This document shows, piece by piece, positions 25,547 through 37,199 of a stretch of 41,326 nucleotides of DNA. The position numbers and the translations under genes are program-made. Position 1 is the stretch's first letter. Each line of letters starts with the position of its first letter. Under the pieces are notes generated by a model that saw only the letters and a list, made by a program, of their open reading frames with translations, did no database searches and was not told where the DNA came from. The DNA comes from Bacillota bacterium. GTDB lineage: Bacteria; Bacillota; UBA994. Location: NCBI GenBank assembly GCA_018725535.1, contig QLUS01000002.1, positions 1-41,326 on the forward strand, in the 5' to 3' direction.

Positions 25547-26548
25547 ATGAAAATCGCAATTAATGGTTTTGGACGCATTGGACGTCAAGTATTCCGCATT
25601 GCCCACGCCCGGCAAGATATCACCGTCGTCGCCATCAACGACCTTGCTCCCCCGAAAGCGCTCGCCCATCTCCTGCAGTATGACTCAAACTACGGGCGCT
25701 TTGTGGCCCAAGTAGAAGTGACTCCCGCGGGCTTTAGCGTAGATGGCAAGGCCGTTCGCGTCACGGCAGAAAAGGATCCCACCCGTCTGCCATGGCGGGA
25801 GCTAGAAGTCGACGTCGTCGTCGAATGCACGGGAAAGTTTGAGGAGCGCGATACAGCGGGGAAGCATTTGCTAGCAGGTGCTAAGAAAGTGCTAATCAGC
25901 TCTCCCGCTACAGGCGAGGACATTACCATTGTGCTTGGCTGTAACGAAGATAAATACCGCCATGCAGACCATCACATTATTTCGAACGCCTCCTGCACCA
26001 CCAACGGTTTAGGCCCCATAGCCAAGGTGCTGCACGAGGAGTTTGGCATCGTTAAAGGGCTTATGAACACGGTGCATGCATTTACAAATGACCAAAGCAT
26101 ACTCGACCAGGTGCATTCCGACTTGCGCCGCGCGCGCACTGCTGGCCAGTCCATCATTCCGACCAGTACAGGTGCCGCTAAAGCCATTGGCCTAGTGCTG
26201 CCTGAGCTAAAAGGAAAGCTTAACGGCTTTGCTCTGCGCGTACCTACGACCACGGTCTCTATAGTTGACTTAACGGTGGAAACTGCTAAGCCTGCCACCA
26301 AAGAACAAGTTAACGAAGCTTTTCGCAGAGCGGCCGCTGGCCCCTTAGCCGGGATTCTGGGTGTTAGCGACGAACCGCTGGTTTCAATTGACTACTTGGG
26401 AGACACTCGTTCATCCATCGTCGACCTCGAGCTGACGCAGGTGATTGGTGATACCCTAGTCAAGGTGTGCAGCTGGTACGACAACGAGTGGGGGTATTCT
26501 TGCCGCATGGTGGACGTGCTGTCACTTATCGCACGACACATACAATAG
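25547..26548 (+). CDS. gap: Glyceraldehyde-3-phosphate dehydrogenase
   Basis: MKIAINGFGRIGR, the active site SNASCTTN, and the WYDNEWGYS C-terminus. ATG follows AAGGAGGG. Confidence 0.95.
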   Translation: MKIAINGFGRIGRQVFRIAHARQDITVVAINDLAPPKALAHLLQYDSNYGRFVAQVEVTPAGFSVDGKAVRVTAEKDPTRLPWRELEVDVVVECTGKFEERDTAGKHLLAGAKKVLISSPATGEDITIVLGCNEDKYRHADHHIISNASCTTNGLGPIAKVLHEEFGIVKGLMNTVHAFTNDQSILDQVHSDLRRARTAGQSIIPTSTGAAKAIGLVLPELKGKLNGFALRVPTTTVSIVDLTVETAKPATKEQVNEAFRRAAAGPLAGILGVSDEPLVSIDYLGDTRSSIVDLELTQVIGDTLVKVCSWYDNEWGYSCRMVDVLSLIARHIQ

Positions 26549-26556
26549 GTGAACAC

Positions 26557-27756
26557 ATGGAAAAGCTTACGCTAAAGGACATTGACGTTAGCAATAAGCG
26601 CGTGTTTGTGCGGGTAGACTTTAACGTGCCGCTTGACGACAGCGGCGCGATCACCGACGACACCCGCATTCGGGCCGCACTGCCCACGATTCGCTACTTG
26701 CGTGAGCATGCGGCGAAAGTGGTTTTGGCGAGCCACCTCGGGCGCCCTAAAGGCGGGTTTGAGGCTCGCTTCAGCGTAGCGCCGGCAGCGCGGAGGCTAT
26801 CGGAGTTGCTGGAGACTGAGGTGCCGACTCTTTCGGATTGCATTGGACCGGACGTGGAGGCAAAAGTCGCCGCGCTTAAGCCTGGGGAAATCGTAATGCT
26901 TGAGAACTTGCGCTTTCACGCAGCAGAAGAGAAAAATTCCCCGGAGTTTGCAGAGGCCTTAGCGCGACTGGCAGACGTCTACGTGAACGATGCTTTCGGA
27001 GCTGCCCATCGCGCCCATGCCAGTGTCTCAGGCATCCCAGCACTAGTTCAGCCTGCGGTTGCCGGCTTCTTGATGAGCAAGGAGCTAGACTTTCTCGGCA
27101 GCGCTCTGCAGAGCCCGAGGCGGCCTTTTGTCGCCATCCTCGGTGGTAAAAAGGTTTCGGACAAAATTATGGTCATCGAGACGCTGCTTACGCGCGCGGA
27201 CAGCCTGATTATCGGCGGCGGCATGGCCAACACCTTCCTTAAAGCATGTGGCGTGGATGTAGGCAAATCACTCTATGAGCCGTCGCAACTAGAGCTTGCC
27301 GCCGAGCTGCTCGACCTAGCCGAGCGCAGCAAGGTAGCTGTGCACCTGCCAATCGACGTAGTGGTGGCCACGGACATCAACGCAGAAGAGGGCGAAATCG
27401 TCGGGCTCGACGCTATCCCCGTGGACGGCGTCATAGTCGACATCGGCCCCGCGACGGGAGACCTTTTCGCTTCTGTCATTGCCACAGCCAGACTTGTGCT
27501 ATGGAACGGGCCCATGGGCGTGTTTGAGAACCCGGTTTTCGCCGTGGGCACGTTTGGCGTAGCCGAGGCGCTGGCCGCATCGCAGGCCGTAACCATTGTG
27601 GGCGGAGGAGACAGCGCCGCTGCCGTCGAGCAATCCGGTCTGGCCTCGCGCATGACCCACATTTCAACCGGGGGAGGGGCCTCCCTAGAGTTTTTGGAGG
27701 GGAAGGTATTGCCGGGCGTCGCCGCGCTGACTGACAGGCTTGGGAAAGGTGAGTAG
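26557..27756 (+). CDS. pgk: Phosphoglycerate kinase
   Basis: KRVFVRVDFNVPLD, ASHLGRPKG, and STGGGASLEFLEG near the C-terminus. ~399 aa. Confidence 0.95.
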   Translation: MEKLTLKDIDVSNKRVFVRVDFNVPLDDSGAITDDTRIRAALPTIRYLREHAAKVVLASHLGRPKGGFEARFSVAPAARRLSELLETEVPTLSDCIGPDVEAKVAALKPGEIVMLENLRFHAAEEKNSPEFAEALARLADVYVNDAFGAAHRAHASVSGIPALVQPAVAGFLMSKELDFLGSALQSPRRPFVAILGGKKVSDKIMVIETLLTRADSLIIGGGMANTFLKACGVDVGKSLYEPSQLELAAELLDLAERSKVAVHLPIDVVVATDINAEEGEIVGLDAIPVDGVIVDIGPATGDLFASVIATARLVLWNGPMGVFENPVFAVGTFGVAEALAASQAVTIVGGGDSAAAVEQSGLASRMTHISTGGGASLEFLEGKVLPGVAALTDRLGKGE

Positions 27757-28512
27757 TGTACGTAAGCCTCTGGTGATTGGCAACTGGAAGATGAATGGGC
27801 TGGTGGCGGCGAGCGGCGCGCTGACGCGTGAACTCGGGGAGACGCTTCGCACTCCCGAGATGTGCGAAGTCGTGCTCTGCCCACCATTTACCGCTCTCCA
27901 GCAAGTGGGCCAGCTCTTAACAGGATTAAAAATTCGACTTGGTGCCCAAAACGGCTTCCCCGCAGACAAGGGCGCGTTTACTGGCGAAGTTTCTATGGCT
28001 ATGCTGCGCGACATCGGCTGTGACTATGTGCTCGTAGGTCATTCCGAGCGCCGCCAGCACCTGTCAGAAGGTGACGGGTTTGTCGCGCGCAAAGTGGTTG
28101 CGGCAGTGAGCCATGACCTTACCCCTGTGCTCTGTGTGGGGGAAAGCGGGGAAGTACGCGCAGCGGGGGAGAGCGAGAGCTTTGTGCTGGGGCAAGTAGA
28201 ACGGGGCTTAAGCATGTTGCCGGTTGGGGCTAGTTTCGTCCTTGCTTATGAGCCCGTATGGGCCATCGGCACGGGGCTCGCCGCGACAGCGCGGGACGCT
28301 AACGCTATGCTTGCGGCCGTGCGAGAATGGCTGTGCGAGAAGCGCGGTATCCCTAGAGACACCTTTAGGTTGCTCTACGGGGGCAGTGTGGGACCTGAGA
28401 ACATTGCGGATTTTACCGCCCAAAACGAGATTGACGGTGCTTTAGTCGGCGGCGCGAGCCTGAACGCACAGGCGTTTGCCGCTGTGGTGCTTGGTGCCGC
28501 ACGGGGATATCT

Positions 28513-28528
<16 letters not shown>
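27749..28528 (+). CDS. tpiA: Triosephosphate isomerase
   Basis: RKPLVIGNWKMNG, VGHSERR, AYEPVWAIGTG. The start is uncertain: GTG 27749 is preferred because it is coupled to the pgk stop at 27754-27756; the ORF-track TTG at 27740 is the alternative. Confidence 0.9.
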
Positions 28529-31319
<2,791 letters not shown>

Positions 31320-31331
31320 GCAGCGCGCTTG

Positions 31332-31360
31332 TTGTAAACGCGTTGTGCGTATGCTAGAAT
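31332..31360 (+). promoter_or_regulatory. Sigma-A-type promoter for secG
   Basis: TTGTAA (31332-31337), 17-nt spacer, TAGAAT (31355-31360), with an extended TGn at 31352-31354. Confidence 0.5.
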
Positions 31361-31393
31361 CAGTGGAGTTGATGCGAGGGGAGGTAGGGCATA

Positions 31394-31615
31394 ATGCTCA
31401 CTGCTTTGAAGATTGTCCAAGCCTTAGTGGCTGTAGGGGTTATCCTATCAATCGTGATGCAGAGCGGTCGTGCCGCGGGGCTTGGAGCTATTGCCGGGGG
31501 CGCGGAAGCTTTGTTCGGGCGCAAAAAGAACATGGACGCCTTTTTTGGTAAGCTTACGATTGGCCTAGGCATTGCCTTCATGGCTTTGTCGCTCGCAATT
31601 GCCGTTCTGCAGTAA
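31394..31615 (+). CDS. secG: Preprotein translocase subunit SecG
   Basis: 73 aa with two TM helices and a Gly-rich loop (QSGRAAGLGAIAGGAEALFG). Canonical position after eno in Bacillota. Confidence 0.85.
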   Translation: MLTALKIVQALVAVGVILSIVMQSGRAAGLGAIAGGAEALFGRKKNMDAFFGKLTIGLGIAFMALSLAIAVLQ

Positions 31616-31720
31616 ACCTGCGGCATCGGCCTACTCCTAATAGTTCGATAGTTGGGGGCAGATTCACCGGCAAGGTGTATCCGCCCCTTCTCAAAGTAGA
31701 AGTTTAAGGGGGACATTATT

Positions 31721-33733
31721 TTGGTGGATTTATTTTTTGCGGACTTATTATTGTGGCTGTCACCTGTCGCGGGACTATTAGCACTTTGTTTTGCGCTTTA
31801 CTTAACTAATTACGTCACTCGACAGGACGCTGGCACGCCCAGAATGCAGGAAATTGCCGCTGCTATCCACGAGGGCGCGATGGCGTTTTTGCGCCGTGAG
31901 TACAGGGCGTTGGCCGTCTTTGTAGCCGCGCTGTTCGTCATCATTGTGTTAGCCATCGATGTCTGGACGGCGGTCTCATTCTTGGCGGGCGCACTAAGCT
32001 CTGTGCTGGCGGGCTTTATCGGCATGACTGTGGCTACACGCGCTAACGTGCGTACGGCGGCTGCGGCGCGCTTTGGCACTAACAAAGCTTTGGCGATCGC
32101 TTTCTCAGGCGGTGCCGTTATGGGCATGTCGGTGGTAGGGCTGGGGCTCTTTGGCGTCAGCACGCTGTACATGGCGTTTCGCGCTGTCAGTGGTGTGACC
32201 GACCTTAGCATTCTGGTGGGCATGATTAACGGCTTCGCCTTGGGCGCTAGCTCGATTGCCTTGTTCGCGCGCGTGGGCGGAGGCATCTATACTAAAGCTG
32301 CTGACGTCGGTGCCGACTTGGTAGGCAAAATAGAAGCTGGCATCCCCGAAGATGACCCGCGCAACCCCGCCGTCATTGCCGACAACGTAGGCGACAATGT
32401 AGGAGACGTCGCGGGCATGGGCGCAGACCTCTTTGAATCTTACGTAGGCTCGATCATCGCAGCAATGGCGCTTGGAGCCGTCGCGCTCCAAAACGCTTGG
32501 GCTGCAGTCGTTTTGCCGCTCGGTTTAGCAGCGGTGGGCATTGTGGCATCGATTATCGGCTCGCGTTTCGTCTCCGCTAAAGAGGGCGCTAACGTACAGC
32601 AAGCCCTTTCTAACGGCACTTATGCTGCCGGGGCTCTCACTATCGCCGGTGCCTTTGGCCTAGTGAATGTTCTCGGCATCGAAATAGGTGTGTTCTACGC
32701 CATCGTCGCTGGTTTGGTGGGTGGCGTGGCCATCGGGCAAATTACTGAATACTACACCTCAGGCGATAAGCCGCCCGTGCAAAGTATCGCCGCCGCCTCG
32801 CAGACCGGCCCTGCGACTAACATTATTACCGGTCTCGCCGTGGGTATGATGAGCACTGCCCTCCCGATTATCGCGATTGTCGCCGCCATCTTTGTTTCCG
32901 TCCATTTTGCCGGTCTATACGGCATAGCTATTGCCGCCGTGGGCATGTTGGCCACTACCGGCATCATTGTGGCTGTAGACGCCTACGGTCCCATTGCGGA
33001 TAACGCCGGCGGCATCGCGGAGATGGCGCACTTGGATAAAGCCGTGCGCAAGATTACGGACAAGCTTGACGCTGTAGGCAACACCACGGCCGCTATTGGC
33101 AAAGGGTTTGCCATTGGCTCGGCTGCGCTCACGGCCTTAGCCTTGTTCTCTGCCTACGCTACGGCCGTAGGGCTCACGACTATCGATTTACTGGACCCTA
33201 GAGTGATTATTGGGCTATTTCTCGGCGGCATGCTACCTTTCCTTTTCTCTGCTTTGGCGATGCAGGCAGTGGGCAAGGCCGCTTTCCAGATGATCGGCGA
33301 GGTACGCCGTCAGTTTAAGGAAATCAAAGGTATTATGGAGGGCACAGCTCGCCCTGACTACGCCCGCTGCGTAGACATTAGCACCACTGCAGCGCTGCGG
33401 GAAATGATTGTGCCGGGGTTATTGGCCGTTGTCATGCCAATAGTCGTCGGGCTGCTATTGGGTAAGGAAGCTTTGGGAGGTCTGTTAGCAGGTTCAGTGG
33501 TGACTGGGTTCCTAATGGCCGTAATGATGTCTAATGCTGGTGGGGCCTGGGATAACGCCAAGAAGTTTATCGAGGGCGGAGAGTACGGCGGTAAGGGTAC
33601 TACGACGCATCAAACTGCGGTAGTAGGAGACACGGTCGGTGACCCGTTCAAGGATACATCCGGCCCCTCCATTAACATCTTGATTAAGCTGATGGCCATT
33701 GTTGCCCTAGTGTTTGCCCCCATCTTCATATAG
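31721..33733 (+). CDS. hppA: Membrane-integral ion-translocating pyrophosphatase, K+-dependent subtype
   Basis: 670 aa, polytopic. Contains DNVGDNVGD and [18 protein letters not shown]. An Ala in GNTTAA, rather than the Lys of GNTTKA, is the published marker of K+-dependent M-PPases. Confidence 0.92.
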   Translation: MVDLFFADLLLWLSPVAGLLALCFALYLTNYVTRQDAGTPRMQEIAAAIHEGAMAFLRREYRALAVFVAALFVIIVLAIDVWTAVSFLAGALSSVLAGFIGMTVATRANVRTAAAARFGTNKALAIAFSGGAVMGMSVVGLGLFGVSTLYMAFRAVSGVTDLSILVGMINGFALGASSIALFARVGGGIYTKAADVGADLVGKIEAGIPEDDPRNPAVIADNVGDNVGDVAGMGADLFESYVGSIIAAMALGAVALQNAWAAVVLPLGLAAVGIVASIIGSRFVSAKEGANVQQALSNGTYAAGALTIAGAFGLVNVLGIEIGVFYAIVAGLVGGVAIGQITEYYTSGDKPPVQSIAAASQTGPATNIITGLAVGMMSTALPIIAIVAAIFVSVHFAGLYGIAIAAVGMLATTGIIVAVDAYGPIADNAGGIAEMAHLDKAVRKITDKLDAVGNTTAAIGKGFAIGSAALTALALFSAYATAVGLTTIDLLDPRVIIGLFLGGMLPFLFSALAMQAVGKAAFQMIGEVRRQFKEIKGIMEGTARPDYARCVDISTTAALREMIVPGLLAVVMPIVVGLLLGKEALGGLLAGSVVTGFLMAVMMSNAGGAWDNAKKFIEGGEYGGKGTTTHQTAVVGDTVGDPFKDTSGPSINILIKLMAIVALVFAPIFI

Positions 33734-33754
33734 CGTTATCGGGGAGGTCTTGCC

Positions 33755-34306
33755 GTGACCCGTGCGGAAGCCTTGGCCTTAGTTAAATCCAATGTAACAA
33801 ACAAGAATCTTATTAAGCACATGGTGGCTGTAGAAGCGGTTATGGGTGCTTTGGCTGAACGCGCCGGTGAAGACGTTTCACTTTGGCAGCTCACGGGCTT
33901 GTTACATGATATTGACTATGACCAAACAGCGGCCCTCCATGGGGAGCACAGCAAGCTTGGTGCAGAGATGCTAGCGGAGCTAAAACTCCCTGCCGGTCTG
34001 GTGCAGGCTGTGCTTGTCCACAACGAGGCGCACGGCATCCCACGCCGAACGGCTCTAGATAAGGCTCTCTACTGCAGCGACCCGGTAACCGGGCTGATTG
34101 TAGCAGGGGCGCTAATTCACCCGAGCAAGAAGATAGCGAGCATTGACGCCGATTTTCTCTTGAACCGCTACGGCGAAAAGAGCTTTGCCCGTGGCGCTAA
34201 CCGCGAGGCTATCGCCTCCTGCGAGGAACTGGGGTTAACTCTAAGGGAATTTGTGAGTCTCGCGCTCGCCGCGATGCAGGATGTGGCTTCCGAGATAGGA
34301 CTATAA
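33755..34306 (+). CDS. HD-domain hydrolase (small, COG2316-like)
   Basis: 183 aa with NLIKHMVAVEAVM and the LLHDIDY HD motif. GTG start after GGGGAGG. Confidence 0.65.
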   Translation: MTRAEALALVKSNVTNKNLIKHMVAVEAVMGALAERAGEDVSLWQLTGLLHDIDYDQTAALHGEHSKLGAEMLAELKLPAGLVQAVLVHNEAHGIPRRTALDKALYCSDPVTGLIVAGALIHPSKKIASIDADFLLNRYGEKSFARGANREAIASCEELGLTLREFVSLALAAMQDVASEIGL

Positions 34307-34314
34307 GCAAAGCA

Positions 34315-34347
34315 ACGGAGTGTCGCCCGCTCGGGGTGACACTCCGT
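34315..34347. terminator. Strong hairpin between convergent genes (bidirectional terminator candidate)
   Basis: 10-bp stem ACGGAGTGTC / GACACTCCGT with a 13-nt GC-rich loop. The T-rich trailer on the minus-strand side is only modest. Confidence 0.55.
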
Positions 34348-34379
34348 GACTTAGGTGCGTCTTTTAGTGGCCCTATCTG

Positions 34380-34880
34380 TTAGAGTCTGCGCAGAACCAC
34401 GAATGCTCCCACAGTGAGCACCATCAAAATGCCTGCTCCGCCTGCTGCCATGTACCAAGCACGGCTATTTGCTACTGGCGTTGCCACTTCCATCTGCTTG
34501 TCAGATGTCTCCTTAAGGGCCGTAATGCGCATTATTGGCTCACTCGGCGCAGCTTTCTCGTTAGCTGCATTAAGGGCCGCCGTTTCCTCGGCGGTAAGAA
34601 CGCGCTTTTCGCCTACATGCACGTGCGTTTCCACCTTTTCGCCGTTGACTGCAGCTACAACCACGTACAAGTCGGTCTTGATGTTGTGGAGTTCTAGCAC
34701 CCGGCCCTCGCTAATCACTACCCTGTCGATACTTACTTTGCGCTCTGTGGCTAGCTGCTCCCGTACAAGGCCCTCTAGCTCACTGGCAAGCGCGGGTTCA
34801 AGCACCTTCAGCACCGCCATGGCGCTTGTGGCCATCACTGTTAACACAATCAAAATCAGAACAATTACCTTTTTCATCAT
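34380..34880 (-). CDS. Hypothetical protein with N-terminal signal/anchor and C-terminal TM anchor
   Basis: MMKKVIVLILIVLTVMATSAMA signal-like N-terminus, a charged ~110-aa middle section, and a C-terminal AWYMAAGGAGILMVLTVGAFVVLRRL helix. AGGAG lies 6 nt upstream. I recognise no family. Confidence 0.6.
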   Translation of the reverse strand: MMKKVIVLILIVLTVMATSAMAVLKVLEPALASELEGLVREQLATERKVSIDRVVISEGRVLELHNIKTDLYVVVAAVNGEKVETHVHVGEKRVLTAEETAALNAANEKAAPSEPIMRITALKETSDKQMEVATPVANSRAWYMAAGGAGILMVLTVGAFVVLRRL

Positions 34881-34963
34881 TAAAATCTCCTTTCGTTGCT
34901 TTCATGTTCTTTGACGCCGCACTGCGGAATAAGTTCCATGGTGTGAGTGCCTAGTGCTCAGCG

Positions 34964-35012
34964 GCTTTCCGCTTTCCGCTTTCCGCTTTCCGCTGACGGC
35001 TGACAGCGGAGG
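34964..35012. repeat. Tandem heptamer array (GCTTTCC)x4 + GCTGACG + GCTGACA + GCGGAGG
   Basis: Read directly in the divergent intergenic region. Four perfect copies are followed by three degenerate units, the last being an SD-like GGAGG. Confidence 0.9.
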
Positions 35013-35100
35013 AAAAATGGCGCCTCACGCCTCATGCCTAGCTTTGGTTTTTGTTTTTTGATTTTTGTTTTCTCTCCAGCGGAAAGCGGAGGTGACACTC

Positions 35101-36435
35101 TTGTACCGGGATATCTGGCAAAGCAACGTAAAGCGGCTCTTGGCGGAAAATAAACTAAGCATAGCTGAGGCCGCGCGATTAGTGGGGACCTCGAAGCAGT
35201 ATCTATCGGCCATTTTGGCTGAGACTGAGCCGACGAGTATGCGCGAGCGCATCCTCGACAGTCTGAGTCTGTTGTTGCATGCTACCCCCGCACGCCTTTA
35301 TACGCCGGAAACTAACGCGGCGCTTGGTGTAGGCGAAACACTGGCCCAAGTAACAACCGAGGTTGACACCGGCCTTTCTCCGGCAGAGCAAGCCGTGTTG
35401 GCGGAGCGCCACTTCTTAGCGCATGAGTATGGCGCCAGTTACTCCTTGACCACTAGGTTGCTAAAGCGGCATGGCGGTGAACTCACCCCGGCAGCCGTGG
35501 CCCAAGCAGAACTTTTGGCTGGGAAGAGCGCTTGTTTGTTTGGTAGTTGGGAGGCTGCCGAACCATACTTACTGCGAGCGCTTGCCTTTTGGCGAAAGCG
35601 CTTAACCGCTCAGCCTGCCAAGTATCTCTCGTCTTGCCTTGACGCGTACCGCTATCTCGCTCTGGCCGCACACTTGGCGGGTGACTATCCCCGCGCGCTA
35701 CAGTTGCAGACGAAAGCGCTGCGGTTGTATAAGAAGTACCCTCTCTACGCTGGCGACCTTAGCGCCAAATGGGAAGCAATAGTCCTAAGCGCGCTTCGCA
35801 CTGCCGCTCGCCTTAGTCTTAGCAACTTGAGCAAAACCGTGGACGAACTGCTTGCATTTTGCGCCCTAGCTAAGCTAACAGAGCTAGCGCGGCGGGTGCA
35901 GTACGAGTTAGATTTCTGCCAATACGCGATAAGGCGGGCGACGATGCAGGTGGCTACGCCCTGCGAGCCGCCTAACCCTGGGCGCGACCTCTCAGTAGTT
36001 GTGTGCCATGGTCTAACTCTGTGGGAACGCGAAGAAACGGTTAGGCTAGCCGCTTTCGCACAAGATGCGGCGCTAGATCCGCTCAATCCTGACCAGCGCT
36101 TTGTGCAGGCGTGGCTAGCCAAGATGGCCGCCCCGCAGGAGAGGTATGTACAGCTAGAGGCTGAAGACTCATCCGTCTCACGTGGTTTGACATCGTTGGC
36201 TCTAGCCTGCCAAGCGGCCACACAGGGAGACGCACATGGGGCCTTACATGCGTGGCAGAATTCTCTCTATGAGTTCCTTCTGGCGCGGGAATATCCGTTG
36301 TACTTTTTGGCGTATGTGGGGGGGTTGAAGCGGTTTTCTCTGGCGGAGGACTACCGGGAGGCTCTGCAGGCTGACCTCGCCCGCCGAGTCAGCGCATTTT
36401 GCGGGAACATATCGTTGACACACCGACGGGCGTAA
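35101..36435 (+). CDS. XRE-type HTH regulator fused to a long all-helical TPR-like domain (RNPP-like architecture)
   Basis: N-terminal NVKRLLAENKLSIAEAARLVGTSKQYLSAIL is a typical XRE/Cro HTH. The remaining ~370 aa are Leu/Ala-rich helical repeats (e.g. GDYPRALQLQTKALRLYKK). TTG at 35101 is 8 nt after GGAGG. The ORF-track start at 35065 has no SD. Confidence 0.6.
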   Translation: MYRDIWQSNVKRLLAENKLSIAEAARLVGTSKQYLSAILAETEPTSMRERILDSLSLLLHATPARLYTPETNAALGVGETLAQVTTEVDTGLSPAEQAVLAERHFLAHEYGASYSLTTRLLKRHGGELTPAAVAQAELLAGKSACLFGSWEAAEPYLLRALAFWRKRLTAQPAKYLSSCLDAYRYLALAAHLAGDYPRALQLQTKALRLYKKYPLYAGDLSAKWEAIVLSALRTAARLSLSNLSKTVDELLAFCALAKLTELARRVQYELDFCQYAIRRATMQVATPCEPPNPGRDLSVVVCHGLTLWEREETVRLAAFAQDAALDPLNPDQRFVQAWLAKMAAPQERYVQLEAEDSSVSRGLTSLALACQAATQGDAHGALHAWQNSLYEFLLAREYPLYFLAYVGGLKRFSLAEDYREALQADLARRVSAFCGNISLTHRRA

Positions 36436-36450
36436 GGTAAAGTGTTATTG

Positions 36451-36469
36451 CTACTATGCTTTGTAGTAG
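36451..36469. promoter_or_regulatory. Dyad CTACTA-N7-TAGTAG, candidate BlaI-family operator (copy 1)
   Basis: Read directly, 15 nt upstream of the ATG at 36485. Near-identical to the dyad at 38164-38182. Confidence 0.5.
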
Positions 36470-36484
36470 ACAGGAGGCAAGAGC

Positions 36485-36760
36485 ATGAATAGAATCTACA
36501 TTATTTTGGCCGTCGTTCTACTGGTCGTGGTGGGCGCGGGGTACTATTTCTGGCAAACGGCGCAGGCGCGTGGCGATTTTGGCGCGATTCGTGACGAGGC
36601 GCTCGCTTTCTATCAGCAGCAAAACCCTACTCTCACTGGCCTAACCGCGCGCGTTATTGACTACGGCTGCCACATTGAAATTGAGATCAGACAAAACGGG
36701 CAGAGACTGGCCCGCTTAGGGTGGGCTGGCCCCGGCCAGTACTATGTCATCGGGAGGTAG
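36485..36760 (+). CDS. Small secreted or membrane-anchored protein (91 aa), first gene of the BlaI/BlaR1-like operon
   Basis: AGGAGG lies 7 nt upstream. N-terminal MNRIYIILAVVLLVVVGAGYYFWQTAQA has an AxA-type cleavage candidate and is followed by a ~64-aa soluble domain. The SD of the next gene lies in its last codons. Confidence 0.6.
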   Translation: MNRIYIILAVVLLVVVGAGYYFWQTAQARGDFGAIRDEALAFYQQQNPTLTGLTARVIDYGCHIEIEIRQNGQRLARLGWAGPGQYYVIGR

Positions 36761-36767
36761 TCTACCT

Positions 36768-37199
36768 GTGGAAGGTAAGGCCATCGTGCCCGAGTTTAGG
36801 CCCCAGAAAGCCGGTCTAAAACAGATACTTGGCGACCTTGAAGCCGACATCATGGAGTTAGTGTGGTCACGGGGGCAGTGCACGGTGCGTGACGTGTACG
36901 AAGCGTTGCGCGTGAGCCGCGAACGTGAGCTAGCCTACACTACCATTATGACCGTGATGGGACGTCTTGCCGACAAGGAGCTTTTGCAGCGCGAAGCGGT
37001 AGGCAACACGTACGTGTACACGCCATCCCTCCGGCGCGAGGAGTATTTGGCGCGTGTGGTGGGTGAAGTTTTGGATGCCCTGTTCGTTTCACACAGGGAG
37101 CAGACCATTTCGCACCTTGCCAGCCGCCTTAAATCTGTAGACACCTCGGAGCTCGACAGGCTGGAAGTAGCCTTAGCCAAGCGAAAGGAGCACGGCTAA
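36768..37199 (+). CDS. BlaI/MecI/CopY-family winged-helix transcriptional repressor
   Basis: LGDLEADIMELVWSRGQCTVRDVYEAL...ELAYTTIMTVMGRLADKELLQRE..GNTYVYTP is the penicillinase-repressor fold pattern. GTG at 36768 is 10 nt after GGGAGG. Confidence 0.8.
   Translation: MEGKAIVPEFRPQKAGLKQILGDLEADIMELVWSRGQCTVRDVYEALRVSRERELAYTTIMTVMGRLADKELLQREAVGNTYVYTPSLRREEYLARVVGEVLDALFVSHREQTISHLASRLKSVDTSELDRLEVALAKRKEHG

Noticed and set aside
27273-27904. 204-aa and 142-aa minus-strand ORFs across pgk/tpiA
   Set aside because: They are antisense to unambiguous glycolytic genes and have Ser/Pro/Ala/Arg-rich composition typical of shadow frames.
34414-34914. 166-aa plus-strand ORF mirroring the minus-strand gene
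   Set aside because: Low-complexity Ser/Thr/Ala-rich translation with no SD. This is the typical shadow ORF of a real gene on the opposite strand in GC-rich DNA.
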